Source: Catajapyx aquilonaris (lineage: Eukaryota). Taken from it: a DNA stretch of 64,000 nt. The position numbers were made by a program, and so were the translations under genes. Positions 63,928 through 64,000 of the stretch are shown piece after piece (the first letter of the stretch is position 1; every line of letters begins with the position of its first letter). The stretch is taken from contig KZ538435.1 of the NCBI GenBank assembly GCA_000934665.2, positions 1 to 64,000 on the forward strand. The letters run 5' to 3'. The notes under the pieces are model-generated. The model was not told the DNA's origin. It worked only from the letters and a program-made list of their open reading frames with translations, and searched no databases.

Positions 63928-64000
63928 TGAGACATATGGTATAAAGCAGTGATCAGCGATAGTTTTCACGGTGCTGCTTGTCCTCAGCTCACTATAGCGC

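Overview
Repeat-rich, gene-poor metazoan DNA, most likely an insect or other arthropod intron or intergenic region (inferred from the tRNA-SINE and MITE repertoire). I recognised no intact host protein-coding gene. The window holds about 12 tRNA-derived SINE copies with mix-and-match heads and tails, many palindromic non-autonomous DNA transposons (Tc1/mariner, pogo, PIF/Harbinger, Sola-like, Kolobok-like), a decayed hAT element with four nested insertions, a gag-only LTR retrotransposon relic, microsatellites and a 140-N gap. The main highlight is a decayed reading frame at about 46.7-47.7 kb carrying several collinear motifs of the orthomyxovirus polymerase PA C-terminal domain, followed by an influenza-like segment terminus: a candidate endogenous Articulavirales element. 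Also notable are a strong excess of TA-xxx-TA transposon excision footprints, a perfect 45-bp hairpin created de novo inside one SINE copy, and a duplicated TATA-led unit with an orphan ORF. All homology calls were made by eye from remembered family motifs and need database confirmation.
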